Source: Phycisphaeraceae bacterium
GTDB taxonomy: Bacteria; Planctomycetota; Phycisphaerae; Phycisphaerales; Phycisphaeraceae
Assembly: GCA_963674705.1 (NCBI GenBank)
Contig: OY771506.1
Span: 1,440,001 to 1,504,000, forward strand
Direction of reading: 5' to 3'
DNA: 64,000 nucleotides
Numbering within the stretch: the stretch's first letter is position 1; each line of letters opens with the position of its first letter. A program made the position numbers and the translations under genes. Of the stretch, positions 35,393 through 46,050 are shown in pieces. Under the pieces are notes generated by a model, which saw only the letters and a program-made list of their open reading frames with translations, made no database searches and was not told the DNA's origin.

Positions 35393-36538
35393 ATGAATAT
35401 GAAACGGATTAGAAAAAGCCTGATCAGTATGCTGGTATTACTCGTCGTTGCCGGGCAGGTCTCGGCGATCGATATCGTGTTTGATTACTCGTTGGATACG
35501 AACAGCTTTTTCGATACGCAGGCCAAACGCGATGTCTTGGATGCGGCAGCGTCAGTCTTTGAGATATTTACGGATAACCTTGAAGCGATCGAGCCCGGTA
35601 CGGTCTACAACGCGGGAACACAGAACGAATTTTCAGATACCTGGGAAATGAAGTTCACGCATCCGTCCACGGGCGACAGCTACTCGGTAATAGACCTGAC
35701 GATCCCCGAAGATACGATCGTCGTCTATGTAGGAGCGCGTGACCTGGGAGGTTTGACGCTGGGCGAAGGCGGTCCGGGCGGTTATGACGTAAACGGCATC
35801 CAGTCGTTTGTGGATTCCGTTGAATCGCGTGGGCAGTCAGGCGCCCTATCAGCTTTACCTGATGATTTTGGGCCTTGGGGCGGTGCGATTGCATTCGATA
35901 TTGATAGTGAATGGCACTTCGGGACGGACACTACGCCCGGCTCCTCACAGACCGATTTTTACTCGGTGGCGGTGCATGAACTGGCGCACCTGTTGGGCTT
36001 CGGCACAGCGACGTCATTCGATTTGTTGGTCTCGGTAACGACCTTTATCGGCGCAGAAGCGACCGAAGTGTTTGGATCGAATCCGCCACTTAATTACGAT
36101 CAGGCCCACTGGCAGACCGGGACGACAAGCTTCGTGCCGGACGGCGGGCCGCAAGAGACATCGATGGACCCGGATATCGCGGACGGAGAGGTGAAGCTGT
36201 TCACGCTGCTGGATTATGCCGCGATGGCCGACATCGGCTGGGAAGTACCGCCTATGTCGGCTGAGGGTATTGAAGGTGATCTGAATTCTGACGGCTACGT
36301 AGGGCTGGACGATCTGGACCTGGTTCTGGGTAATTGGAACCAAAACGTCGCGCCGGGTGACCCGCTGTTGGGCGATCCGAGCGGTGACGGCTTCGTCGGC
36401 CTGGACGATCTGGACCTGATTCTGGGCAACTGGAATCAAGGCACGCCCCCCACCGCTTTGGTACCCGAACCCGGAACGCTCATATTCCTGGGATTAGGCG
36501 GCTGGGCGCTGCTGGTCCGGCGTCAATCGGCTGTGTGA
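35393..36538 (+). CDS. Secreted zinc metalloprotease paralog with dockerin-like repeat and PEP-CTERM
   Basis: HELAHLLG, TSMDP, two DG.VGLDDLD repeats, VPEP..RR. Confidence 0.88.
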   Translation: MNMKRIRKSLISMLVLLVVAGQVSAIDIVFDYSLDTNSFFDTQAKRDVLDAAASVFEIFTDNLEAIEPGTVYNAGTQNEFSDTWEMKFTHPSTGDSYSVIDLTIPEDTIVVYVGARDLGGLTLGEGGPGGYDVNGIQSFVDSVESRGQSGALSALPDDFGPWGGAIAFDIDSEWHFGTDTTPGSSQTDFYSVAVHELAHLLGFGTATSFDLLVSVTTFIGAEATEVFGSNPPLNYDQAHWQTGTTSFVPDGGPQETSMDPDIADGEVKLFTLLDYAAMADIGWEVPPMSAEGIEGDLNSDGYVGLDDLDLVLGNWNQNVAPGDPLLGDPSGDGFVGLDDLDLILGNWNQGTPPTALVPEPGTLIFLGLGGWALLVRRQSAV

Positions 36539-36777
36539 AAGTGGGATGAGCCCTGTTCATTGGGGCTTTTCCGGCTTGATCGGCATGCTATAATTCATGC
36601 CGATTAAGCGGTTTGTGCCGACTGTGGGGGGAATACGGGTGTGGGGCCCGGTTACGTTGAGATAATCGCTGGATCGATATGGCCCGACCGGTGGGGTCGG
36701 GTAGGCTTTCAATGTCACCGAGCCGTATCGGTGCGGGAGAACCCCGGAACGACCCGGGAATGCACCCGGAGGAATCC

Positions 36778-37818
36778 ATGTATCGCATCAATCAGTGCCT
36801 TGCCGTCGCTACCGCGGCGACGTTGTGTGTCTTTACCGCCAGCCAGGCCTCGGCCAGCACGATCGTGAAGATGCAGTTCAACCTGTCGCTGTCCTCTGAG
36901 CCGTACGACACGATCTACCTTGAGCTGTTCGACGACACGCCTGTGACCCAGGCGAACTTCCTGAACTACGTCAATGATGGCGATTACGACGGCGTGATCA
37001 TGCACAGACTCGTCGCCGGATTTGTTCTCCAAGGTGGTGGATTTGATCTGGACCTGAACGCGATCGAAAACGATGGCACGATTGTCAACGAATTCAACCG
37101 TTCAAACGTGCGCGGTACCCTGGCGATGGCAAAAGTCGGGAATGATCCAGACAGCGCTACCAACCAGTTCTTCTTTAACCTGGCGGACAATTCCGGAACC
37201 CCTCCACTTGGTCTTGATTATCAGAACGGCGGTTTTACCGTGTTCGCACGGGTGCTGGGCAACGGCATGACGCTGATCGATGCATTGGCGGGATTGCCAA
37301 CGATCAATCTGGGTTCACCATTCGATGAAATCCCGGTTTACCCCGGCACCAGCGGGAATATCCCGCTCTACATGGAGAGTGTGACGGTCACTGAATTGAA
37401 AATCGGCGACACCGACCTGAACGGCAGCGTGGATGGGGCCGATGCGGACTTGCTTGCTTCAACACTCACCGGCGGGACCGATGAACCGCAGTTTGATGTC
37501 GATCAAAACGGCACAATCAATCAAGCCGACCTCGACCTGCTCAATGCCCTGCTGATGGGTGATATCGATGGCGACGGTTTTGTGGGATTGTCTGACCTGG
37601 ACATCGTACTTGGGGCATGGAACCAGACCGTACCCGTTGCCGACGGGGACGGCGATGTGAACAACGATGGTTTTGTCGGCCTGGACGACCTCGACGCGGT
37701 GCTCAACGCCTGGAACGCCGGCACACAGCCCCCCCCGGCCGCAGGCACACCTGAGCCGGCCAGCGCGGCGCTGCTGGGTCTGCTGACGGCGGTCGCCGCC
37801 CTGCGTCGTCGCGGATAA
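36778..37818 (+). CDS. Cyclophilin-type peptidyl-prolyl isomerase with dockerin-like repeats and PEP-CTERM
   Basis: Motifs NFLNYV, HRLV.GFVLQGGG, RGTLAMAK, SATNQFFFN and FTVF. GGAGG SD. TPEP..RRRG. Confidence 0.9.
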   Translation: MYRINQCLAVATAATLCVFTASQASASTIVKMQFNLSLSSEPYDTIYLELFDDTPVTQANFLNYVNDGDYDGVIMHRLVAGFVLQGGGFDLDLNAIENDGTIVNEFNRSNVRGTLAMAKVGNDPDSATNQFFFNLADNSGTPPLGLDYQNGGFTVFARVLGNGMTLIDALAGLPTINLGSPFDEIPVYPGTSGNIPLYMESVTVTELKIGDTDLNGSVDGADADLLASTLTGGTDEPQFDVDQNGTINQADLDLLNALLMGDIDGDGFVGLSDLDIVLGAWNQTVPVADGDGDVNNDGFVGLDDLDAVLNAWNAGTQPPPAAGTPEPASAALLGLLTAVAALRRRG

Positions 37819-37892
37819 CCGACATCTTGATTCAAACTGAAGATCGGCATGAATCGGCTGCCTAGAATGGGTTTTCCATTCAGGAGCCTGTT

Positions 37893-38177
37893 ATGCCCGA
37901 TCCCCTGAACAACGAGCAGATCCAGAACGCCCTTGAGAAGCTGGCCGGCTGGACGCACGAGGATGATTCACTGGTGCGCGCTTATCAATTTGCCGACTTC
38001 AATGAAGCGCTTGGTTTCATCGTCCGTATCGGCTTGCTGGCGGAGCAGCACGGGCATCATCCCGAGCTTTTCAACGTCTACAACAAGGTCCGTATCGCGC
38101 TGAATACGCACGACGCCAGCGCCAAGGTGACACAGAAAGACATCGAACTCGCCAAGGCGATCCAGGGGTTGGATTAA
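37893..38177 (+). CDS. phhB: Pterin-4-alpha-carbinolamine dehydratase
   Basis: Motifs AE..GHHPE, YNKV.I.L.THD and T.KD..LA. Confidence 0.9.
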   Translation: MPDPLNNEQIQNALEKLAGWTHEDDSLVRAYQFADFNEALGFIVRIGLLAEQHGHHPELFNVYNKVRIALNTHDASAKVTQKDIELAKAIQGLD

Positions 38178-38250
38178 TCCCCGGTAAGTTTGGGGGGTTT
38201 AAGACCCCATGCATTCGCTTTAGCCACCGCCCCACCGTTATACTCCCGCC

Positions 38251-39315
38251 ATGAAACTACTCGAACAACTGGTCCTGACCCCCGGCGTCCCCGGCCGGGA
38301 ACACCGCGTCCGCATGCTGATCGAATCGCAGATCAAAGGACTCTTTGATGAAGTCCGTACCGATGTACTCGGCTCGCTGATCTGTGTGCGTAAACCAAGA
38401 CCCAAGCAGGGCGCGAAAGCAAAGAAAAATCCCGCGAAGATCATGATCGCGGCCCATATGGACCAGATCGGGTTCCTTGTCAGCCACATCGATGACAAGG
38501 GATTCCTTCGCATCAACCCCGTAGGCGGATTCGATCCTCGTAACTTGTTTGCCAGGCTCGTGACGGTTTGTCCGGACATCAAAGATGCGAAGAAAGACAT
38601 ACCCGGCGTCATGAACCCTGGCGGTAAACCCGTACACATCGCGACGCCGGAAGACCGCAAGAAAGTGCCGGAGCTGGACGAAATCACGATCGATCTGGGC
38701 ATGCCTGTTGATGAAGTGAAGAAGAAGGTCAAACTCGGCGACATGGTCGTGCTCAAAGCGCCGATCGAAAAGGTCGGCAACACGTACGTGTCCCAGTGCA
38801 TGGATAACCGCATCGCCTGCTGGATCGCGATCGAAGCGATGAAGAAGCTGGATAAAGCCAAGCACCACGATTGTGAAGTCTATTGCGTCTTCACCGTGCA
38901 GGAAGAGGTCGGCTTGCGCGGGGCCGGCACAGCAGCGTTCGGCATCACGCCCGACATCGGCATCGCCATCGATACCACGCTCTGCTGCGACACGCCCGGT
39001 GTGCCAAGCGAACTGCGCGTCAGTGAACAAGGCAAAGGCGCAGCGCTGAGTATCATGGACAGTGCTTCGATCGCCGACCTGGACTTACTCGAAGAGATGG
39101 AATCGGTCGCGAAGAAGAACAAGATCCCGCATCAGCGTTCGATCCTGCCGCGCGGCGGCACCGACGCCGGCACGATCCAGCGTTCAGCAGCGGGTGTCAG
39201 AACTTTCACGCTTTCGTGTCCGACCCGGTACATCCACACGATCACCGAAATGGTCCACGAAACCGAGATGAATGCCTGCCGCGACCTGTTAGCGGCCTAT
39301 CTGCAGCAAGCGTAA
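38251..39315 (+). CDS. M42 family metallo-aminopeptidase
   Basis: Motifs AAHMDQIG, MDNR, QEEVGLRGA, GGTDAG and RYIHT. Confidence 0.92.
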   Translation: MKLLEQLVLTPGVPGREHRVRMLIESQIKGLFDEVRTDVLGSLICVRKPRPKQGAKAKKNPAKIMIAAHMDQIGFLVSHIDDKGFLRINPVGGFDPRNLFARLVTVCPDIKDAKKDIPGVMNPGGKPVHIATPEDRKKVPELDEITIDLGMPVDEVKKKVKLGDMVVLKAPIEKVGNTYVSQCMDNRIACWIAIEAMKKLDKAKHHDCEVYCVFTVQEEVGLRGAGTAAFGITPDIGIAIDTTLCCDTPGVPSELRVSEQGKGAALSIMDSASIADLDLLEEMESVAKKNKIPHQRSILPRGGTDAGTIQRSAAGVRTFTLSCPTRYIHTITEMVHETEMNACRDLLAAYLQQA

Positions 39316-39381
39316 GGCCTGTAGGTGACTATTGTTAGGTTTTTATGGTGAAACCGCCCATTTGCCGTATACTGTTGCGGC

Positions 39382-39458
<77 letters not shown>

Positions 39459-39599
39459 TTAACTCATCCGTCCTCATCCGGTGTCATTTCCACCACTTGA
39501 GTTGTATCACGACCGCTATTGATTAGTCAAGGCTTTTCTCTGTTTATCATCTGTCTTCAGCCTATCCGTTACCCAGCCGTTACCGAACTGCAACACAGC

Positions 39600-40100
39600 C
39601 TAATTCACTTCACCATTCGTTTTAATGCCCATATCCATTTTTACATGCTGTTCTAATTCTTCGAGAGCATCTACGACAACTCTAACAATGGGTAGCAGTT
39701 GAAGAATGTTAATGGTCGCTCCGTTGATCTGAATTGTCTGTAATTCAGACAGCGATTCATCTTTCTTTGATTTCGGTTTTCCCAAATGCACACCACCAAG
39801 CACATGGGCACAGTGCCTGATCAGTTCTAATATGCTTACATACTCACCCTGATAATATATTACCTTGAATTGTAGGAATTCAGTTTTGTTCAGCTTGTCA
39901 ATCAGTTCATCCGGTTGTTTTGGGTCTGGGCATATACCCTCTAGCATACAGGCCATCGTGGATGGAGGAATATTTGCTTTCTCCAGACGCCGATTGACAA
40001 CTTCAACGCTATCATTACCAATTGAGAACGCTATTTTTAAACGATGTTTACGATTAACCACATCCACAAGACACTGACCATCAATTAATAGTTGTCGTAG
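39600..40100 (-). pseudogene. Low-GC hypothetical gene, 5'-truncated at the IS end
   Basis: The open frame LLRQLLIDG... starts at the IS boundary, and the listed start codon lies inside the IS inverted repeat. AT-rich. Confidence 0.7.
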
Positions 40101-40161
40101 TAAAGAGCTGGTCCCCAAATCTTGGACAGCCGGTTGGCCTGAATAAGGTGGGCCAACGGGT

Positions 40162-41042
40162 TTATGCCGCGGCCAGCGGCGGTCCGGTTATAGGTTTTCC
40201 ATCATACGCTTCGTCCGGCGTCCGTCCAGCGAGTGTCGAGTGCGGACGCTCGGTGTTGTAGAACCGCAGCCATTCATTGATCCCGGCGCGAGCTTCGCTG
40301 CCTCTGTCCCACGCGTGCAGGTACACGCATTCATACTTCAGGCTCCGCCACAGACGTTCGATGAACACGTTGTCCATCCATCGGCCTTTGCCGTCCATCG
40401 ATACCTTCGCGCCCGCGTTCTTCACCGCTTCGGTCCATTCCAGGCCGGTGAACTGGCTGCCCTGATCGGTGTTGATGATCTGCGGCGGGCCGTGCTTGCT
40501 CAGCGCTTCTTCCAACGCCTCGACGCAGAATGACGCTTCCATCGTGTTGCTCAATCGCCAGGCCAGCACCTTCCTGCTGTGCCAGTCCATGACCGCAACG
40601 AGGTACAAAAAGCCGCGTCGCATCGGGATGTATGTGATGTCGGCGCACCACACATGACCCGGCTGATCAATCTTCAGATTCCGCAGCAGGTACGGATACA
40701 CCTTGTTTTCAAGGCATTTGACGCTGGTCTTCGGGGCCTGGTAGATCGGCGTCAAACCCATCTGACGCATCAATCGACGCACACGCTTGCGGCCGACGTT
40801 GTAGCCAAGCCGACGCAACCAACGCATCATCTGCCGGCTGCCGTAGAACGGCGTGCACAGGAACTGTCGGTCGATCAGACGCATCAGCTTCAGGTTCAAC
40901 GGGCTCTCGCCTTTGCCTGAAAAGTAAAACGACGATCGGCTGATCGACACCAGCCCACACTGACGCACGATGCTCAGCTCGGGGTGCTTGGGTTCGACCA
41001 TGTCGCAGCGGCGGCCGTGGCTCAAAGCCCCAACCCTTTTTT
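40162..41042 (-). CDS. IS3 transposase OrfB (DDE), reached by -1 frameshift
   Basis: Motifs WCADITYI, NTDQGSQF, DNVFIERLWRSLKYE and YNTERPHS. Slippery A AAA AAG at ~41042-41036. Confidence 0.93.
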
Positions 41043-41306
41043 TAAAAAGTCCTTCTCGATGGTCAGCTCGCCGATCTTCGCGTGCAGCTCTTTGATCTGC
41101 TCGTCGGATGCCTGCGGGTCCTTGCCGCCGCCACGGGCAAAAAGCTGGGCCGCCTCCTGTGCCAGCAGCTTCTTCCACCCGCCGATCATGTTCGGATGCA
41201 CGTCGTACTTCTTGGCGATCTCCGCCACCGTCAACTCGCCACGCAGCGCCTCCAGCGCCACCTTCGCCTTGAATTCAGCCGTAAATCGTCGTCGCTTGCT
41301 CATCAA
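41022..41306 (-). CDS. IS3 transposase OrfA (HTH)
   Basis: RRRFTAEFKAKVALEAL..AEIAKKYDVHPN..WKK and a leucine zipper ending DFLKK. Confidence 0.93.
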   Translation of the reverse strand: MMSKRRRFTAEFKAKVALEALRGELTVAEIAKKYDVHPNMIGGWKKLLAQEAAQLFARGGGKDPQASDEQIKELHAKIGELTIEKDFLKKGLGL

Positions 41307-41405
41307 GTAAGTCCTTTCAAATCTGCAGACCAGCCCACTTTAACCGGCTGTCCAAGATTTGGGGACCAGCTCTACATGCTTACATCGATGGTTTGAACAC
41401 GACAT

Positions 41406-41443
41406 AAAAAACCCGGCCGAAGCCCTTGGGGGCATGACCGGGC
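41406..41443 (-). terminator. Terminator resembling REP family D
   Basis: Minus strand GCCCGGTCATGCCCCCAAGGGCTTCGGCCGGG followed by TTTTTT. Confidence 0.7.
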
Positions 41444-41464
41444 TGTGAAAGTTAATGGGTGTGA

Positions 41465-42592
41465 TCACACCACCGCGGCTTCCTTGAGCGTCAGGTTCGC
41501 GCCGTAGGTGCCGGGCTCGAAGACGTGGACCTTGTTCATGTCCACGTACATCTTGACCTGTGATTCTTCATTAAGCGGCTCGGCCTTGAGTCGGGCGACG
41601 AGGCGTTGGTCCTGGCTGGTCGTGGCGTAGACGTCCATCGTGCTGCCGAGGGGTTCGACCACGCCGATACTCACATTGACGGTCTGATCATCGCGATTCG
41701 CGCCATCCGTCGGACGAAGGAACAGGCCCTCCGGGCGGATGCCGATGGCGGCTTCCTGGCCGACGCGACCCTGACAGAGTTGGGCCTGGTCATCGTCGAG
41801 TTTGATCCTGATGCCGCCGCCTTCGAAGACCACGCCGCCGTCGGCGCTAACCAGCGAACCTTCAAGGAAGTTCATCGGCGGGGTGCCGACGAAGCTGGCG
41901 ACGAAGCGGTTGACCGGATAGTTGTAGACGTTCAGCGGGGTGTCGCACTGCTGGATCAGGCCATCACTCATCACCACGACGCGGTCGCCGAGTGTCATGG
42001 CTTCTTCCTGATCGTGTGTGACGTAGATCGTCGTAGTCTGCAGGCGATGGTGCAGACGTTTCAGTTCGGCGCGGGTTTCGACACGCAGCTTGGCGTCGAG
42101 GTTGGACAGCGGTTCGTCGAAGAGGAAGCACGCTGGGTCGCGAACGATGGCACGCCCTACCGCGACGCGCTGACGTTGACCGCCGGATAACGCCTTTGGC
42201 TTACGGTCGAGCAGCTTGGTGATGCCGAGGATCTCCGCGGCATGGCGGACCTTCTGGTCAATCTCAGCCTTCGGCACTTTGCGAAGCTTCAAACCGAACG
42301 CCATGTTCTTGTACACGGTCATGTGCGGGTACAAAGCGTAGTTCTGGAAAACCATCGCGATGTCGCGATCCTTGGGCGGGACATCGTTGACGACGCGGTC
42401 ACCGATTCGGATCGTGCCTTCGGAGATTTCTTCCAGGCCGGCGACCATGCGCAGCGTGGTGCTCTTGCCGCAACCGGACGGGCCGACGAGGACGATGAAT
42501 TCCTTGTCCTGAATATGCAGGGTGATGTTGTCGACGGCACGGACGTCGCCGGGATAAATCTTCACCACGTTATCGATCAGGACTTCGGCCAT
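41465..42592 (-). CDS. Carbohydrate ABC transporter ATPase (MalK/MsmX/UgpC family), without adjacent permeases
   Basis: Motifs [38 protein letters not shown] and VTHDQ, plus an OB tail. Confidence 0.95.
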   Translation of the reverse strand: MAEVLIDNVVKIYPGDVRAVDNITLHIQDKEFIVLVGPSGCGKSTTLRMVAGLEEISEGTIRIGDRVVNDVPPKDRDIAMVFQNYALYPHMTVYKNMAFGLKLRKVPKAEIDQKVRHAAEILGITKLLDRKPKALSGGQRQRVAVGRAIVRDPACFLFDEPLSNLDAKLRVETRAELKRLHHRLQTTTIYVTHDQEEAMTLGDRVVVMSDGLIQQCDTPLNVYNYPVNRFVASFVGTPPMNFLEGSLVSADGGVVFEGGGIRIKLDDDQAQLCQGRVGQEAAIGIRPEGLFLRPTDGANRDDQTVNVSIGVVEPLGSTMDVYATTSQDQRLVARLKAEPLNEESQVKMYVDMNKVHVFEPGTYGANLTLKEAAVV

Positions 42593-42783
42593 GAATGACA
42601 CCTCGCAAGGGGTTGCAAACTACACACACGATCTTGTCGTGCGCACCAAGTGTTCGGCAGCATGAAGCCACCAATAGGGCTAGTCGGACTATTCTACCGG
42701 AAAATGCCCGTAATGTGGAGGGTAAACCCGCCTGATTGTGTTGTAACAGCGATACACGGTTAAGACGGGCGGTCTGGGTAAGG

Positions 42784-43596
42784 TTATCCACGACGTCTTA
42801 ACAGCCAGCCCACCATACTGGAAGCCATTATGCATGTGGTCGGCTCAGGGATCACCACGGGAGCCGTCAAGTCGGCCTGCTTGTTCCAGTCATCGAGCAC
42901 GGCGTCAAGATCACCCAGCCCGATGTGCCCGTCAGCATTGACGTCGGGGCCCATGAAGGGAACGCATGTTTGGTCGAATGATCCCAGCACCATATCCAAG
43001 TCTGCCAGGCCAACGTAACCATCGCCGTTGATGTCTCCCATCAAAGGGATGTCCGCGTAGGCATCGAGCTGGAAGTTGAACATGTCACAACAACCGGGAT
43101 TGTTTTCACCAAGCAGATGCAGTTGTTTGTTTTCGACCGTAACACTGACCTGCATCGGCTGACCTCCGCCGTCCACGCCTGTAAAGAGCAGGCCCGGGTG
43201 CTCATCCGGCGGGAACACGAACGAACCCTCAAGTCCGGTCAGGTTCAACAGGCTGTCCAGGTCGGCACCTGCCATCCAATTCGGGGGCCCCAGCAATCCA
43301 GGAGGGCTTGTCAGGATGGCATCGACTTCTGCGAACTGGACGAACGGCACCAAGGCAAAACCATGCTCGGGATCATCGACTTGTTCCATGCCCAGCGCGA
43401 TGCCGAAGTTTCCATCAATGCTATAGGTATCATGAATCCCGGCGATACCTCCGGTGACAGTGAATGTGCTGGTATCCGTATCGAAGGTGAACGTACGCAG
43501 GATAATCGGTGGGATGGCGATTGCTTGTGAAGCGGCAGTAAAGAACAGCGTGCAGACGACAAGCCACCGTAAGCAATGTGAAGGGGTAATTGACAT
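42784..43596 (-). CDS. Secreted protein with dockerin-like repeat and PEP-CTERM
   Basis: Signal peptide, GDINGDGYVGLADLD and DVNADGHIGLGDLD, IPEP..RRRG. Confidence 0.85.
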   Translation of the reverse strand: MSITPSHCLRWLVVCTLFFTAASQAIAIPPIILRTFTFDTDTSTFTVTGGIAGIHDTYSIDGNFGIALGMEQVDDPEHGFALVPFVQFAEVDAILTSPPGLLGPPNWMAGADLDSLLNLTGLEGSFVFPPDEHPGLLFTGVDGGGQPMQVSVTVENKQLHLLGENNPGCCDMFNFQLDAYADIPLMGDINGDGYVGLADLDMVLGSFDQTCVPFMGPDVNADGHIGLGDLDAVLDDWNKQADLTAPVVIPEPTTCIMASSMVGWLLRRRG

Positions 43597-43718
43597 CGGG
43601 GGCTCCTCCTGAGAATTGGTTTGCGGAGAAGAACACCTAAAAGATAGTCGATTGAAGGGATCGGTCTCAAGAAAAACAGCAAGAAAAGTTGTTTTTCAAC
43701 CGGTTGAAAGCTGAAATG

Positions 43719-43751
43719 AAAACGGCCGCTCACCTTGAGGCAAGCGGCCGT
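43719..43751 (-). terminator. Intrinsic terminator
   Basis: ACGGCCGCT/AGCGGCCGT stem followed by T-rich sequence on the minus strand. Confidence 0.7.
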
Positions 43752-43782
43752 GTGTAGTTGTATTTAGTGCTGACGCGGTAAC

Positions 43783-45648
43783 TTAGCGACGACGGATCAT
43801 CGCCAGGCCACCGAGACCGAGCAGCGCCATGGTGGCGGGTTCGGGCACGACGGAAGCGGGCGGGGTGCCTTCGTTCCAGTGGTTCAGCACGGTGTCAAGG
43901 TCTTCCAGGCCGACGTAGCCGTCGCCGGACGGATCGCCCTGAAGCTTATCGCCCGCGGTTACGTTCTGGTTCCAGTTCTGCAGAACGATATCCAGGTCAT
44001 CGAGGCCGACGAAGCCGTCACCATTGAGGTCGCCTTCGAGGACGGTTGTGCCACCGACGTTGGGATAGAACACGCCGTTGATGGTGAAGCCATCAGACGA
44101 GGTGACCGCGACGCTGTCGCCACCTGGGCTGAAGACGTAAGCGAGTTCAGCGGTGTTGCTGGTGACGTAGACGTTACCAGCCAGGTCCATCGCGACCGGG
44201 ACACGCAGGCCGGCGCCGGTGTCGCCGACAGCAATTGCACCGAGCATGATGTCCTGCGGGGTGTAGTCGCCGTTGAATGCCAGACCGGCATCGGTCAGGT
44301 CAAGGACCGGAACGCCGCTGGCATCGAGTTCGATGGCGATCACTTCAGCCGGGCCAAAGAAGTCATTGACACCGCTGGTCGTCGTGGTGCCGGCAAAGCT
44401 GCGGCTCAGGACGATGAAGCTGCCGTCGGGCGAGACGACCGCGTCGGTGGTGGCACGGAAGATGTCCTGGATGCCGTCGAAGTTTTCGACCAGCAGGTCG
44501 TCTTCGGCGCCGTCGAGGTTGTTATCCAGTGAGAACTGGCGTGAGTTGAAGAGGATGGTGCTGAAGTCGCCATCGAAGATCAACAGGCCGGTCTCGTTAC
44601 CGTCGTTACGACGCTGTGTGACGATCCAATTGTCATGCACTTCGTCGTAAGTGAGGTCACTGTCGACGCCCGGGACGTCCGGGAAGAGGATACGGCTGCC
44701 GTCGGAGTTGGTGCCGTTGCCGTTGGGGCCGATCAGGCTGATATCAACTTCGAGCACAGCGCTGCCGCTGTAGCCAGTGGCGCCGGGGTCCGAACCGATG
44801 TCGTAGCGCCAGATGTGCTGGACACTGCCGGCGGCGGTGTTCGGGTCGGTGGATTCCAGGTCTTCATCGATGGTCCAGAGGGTCAGGTCGCCGCCACCGA
44901 GTGAGCCGGTGATGACGGGTGTGCTGACGATGGAGCCGTGGTTCTGGCCGACGATCGGCGGGGTGCCGCCGGGGCTGGCCAGCAGGACGTTACCGGTGGT
45001 GACGGAGGCGTCGGTGATGTACATGCCGCCGTTGGCGTCGGACCAGTCGCTGATGTACAGGGCGTCATCAACACCAACCTGGATGCGGAACGGCGAACTG
45101 CTGGTGCCGGCGAAGTAGCTGCCGAGACCGGCTTGCCGTGCGGCGGAGGTATCGTTGGGGTCGGTGATGCCGTTGATGTCGGTGCCGTCGGCGTTGAAGA
45201 CATAGATGCCGTCACCGAGGGTGCGGCCGGCAGCCGTGCTGATTTCAGCCCGGTGCGAGACGTAGTACTGGCCGAAGCTGGCGCTGCCGGGGTTCATGTT
45301 CACAGCGATGCCGTTGGCACGCTCGAATCCCATCATCGCGTTACCGAGGCTGACGCTGGTTTCATAATAACCGGCGGCTTCGCTGTTGGTGACTTCGATG
45401 CTGTAGGTGCTGAAGCCGGTCATATCGAATGACTTGGCGCCGGCGGCTTCATTGTTGAGGGTGATCGTGTTGCCACCGTCACGGGTGATGACGACCGAGT
45501 CGGCCTCTTCGTTGAGAACCCAACTGACGGTGTTGCCGGACTGCGAAACCTGCGCCGCGTAGGGCACAGCCAGAGCAGTACTGCTCACCGTCACGATAGC
45601 CGCCGAAGCGACACACGCGAGCAGAGCCTTAGTGGAATAGCGAATCAT
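43783..45648 (-). CDS. Large secreted PEP-CTERM protein (possible beta-propeller) with dockerin-like repeat
   Basis: Signal peptide, blade-like segments (D.ALYISDW, D.AGNVYV), dockerin-like pair, VPEPATMALLGLGGLAMIRRR, strong SD. Confidence 0.88.
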   Translation of the reverse strand: MIRYSTKALLACVASAAIVTVSSTALAVPYAAQVSQSGNTVSWVLNEEADSVVITRDGGNTITLNNEAAGAKSFDMTGFSTYSIEVTNSEAAGYYETSVSLGNAMMGFERANGIAVNMNPGSASFGQYYVSHRAEISTAAGRTLGDGIYVFNADGTDINGITDPNDTSAARQAGLGSYFAGTSSSPFRIQVGVDDALYISDWSDANGGMYITDASVTTGNVLLASPGGTPPIVGQNHGSIVSTPVITGSLGGGDLTLWTIDEDLESTDPNTAAGSVQHIWRYDIGSDPGATGYSGSAVLEVDISLIGPNGNGTNSDGSRILFPDVPGVDSDLTYDEVHDNWIVTQRRNDGNETGLLIFDGDFSTILFNSRQFSLDNNLDGAEDDLLVENFDGIQDIFRATTDAVVSPDGSFIVLSRSFAGTTTTSGVNDFFGPAEVIAIELDASGVPVLDLTDAGLAFNGDYTPQDIMLGAIAVGDTGAGLRVPVAMDLAGNVYVTSNTAELAYVFSPGGDSVAVTSSDGFTINGVFYPNVGGTTVLEGDLNGDGFVGLDDLDIVLQNWNQNVTAGDKLQGDPSGDGYVGLEDLDTVLNHWNEGTPPASVVPEPATMALLGLGGLAMIRRR

Positions 45649-46050
45649 GTTTTCCTTCTCCTAATTGAGGAATAAAAAAACGGTTGTAGTCGAACGCTTG
45701 TCCCCCCGATCGTCCCGGACAACCCAAACACAGCTTGTCCTGGTATATCTAAAACGGTCATAGGTACGGCCATAGTAAAGCACTCTGTTACCGTGCCACG
45801 CCGTAGAGCATTTAAAATACTTACTGCCTCATCCTTCCCGTCGCCCGTCCTGGTTGAGATGATCTCTCATCCTAAACTTCTTTGCATCGCTCTAGACAGG
45901 TACCACCAGCGATGCAGACACAAGCCAAACCAATAATATTCTACCTCCATCCTTCACTTATTCACAGCCTAATTATGCAAGATTCCAGCATATCAATCAT
46001 TTTCTAACTTACCCAACCCGATTTACTTAATCAATGTGAAATTGGGGGGT

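Larger units (their letters stand above)
40101..41376 (-). mobile_element. IS3-family insertion sequence (~1276 bp)
   Basis: 32-bp perfect IRs AGAGCTGGTCCCCAAATCTTGGACAGCCGGTT (40104-40135 and 41342-41373). TG at one end, TA at the other. Contains orfA and orfB. Confidence 0.95.

Noticed and set aside
45783..45800. Sigma-54 promoter (TGGCAC on the minus strand)
   Set aside because: There is no GC at the -12 position with the required GG-N10-GC spacing.
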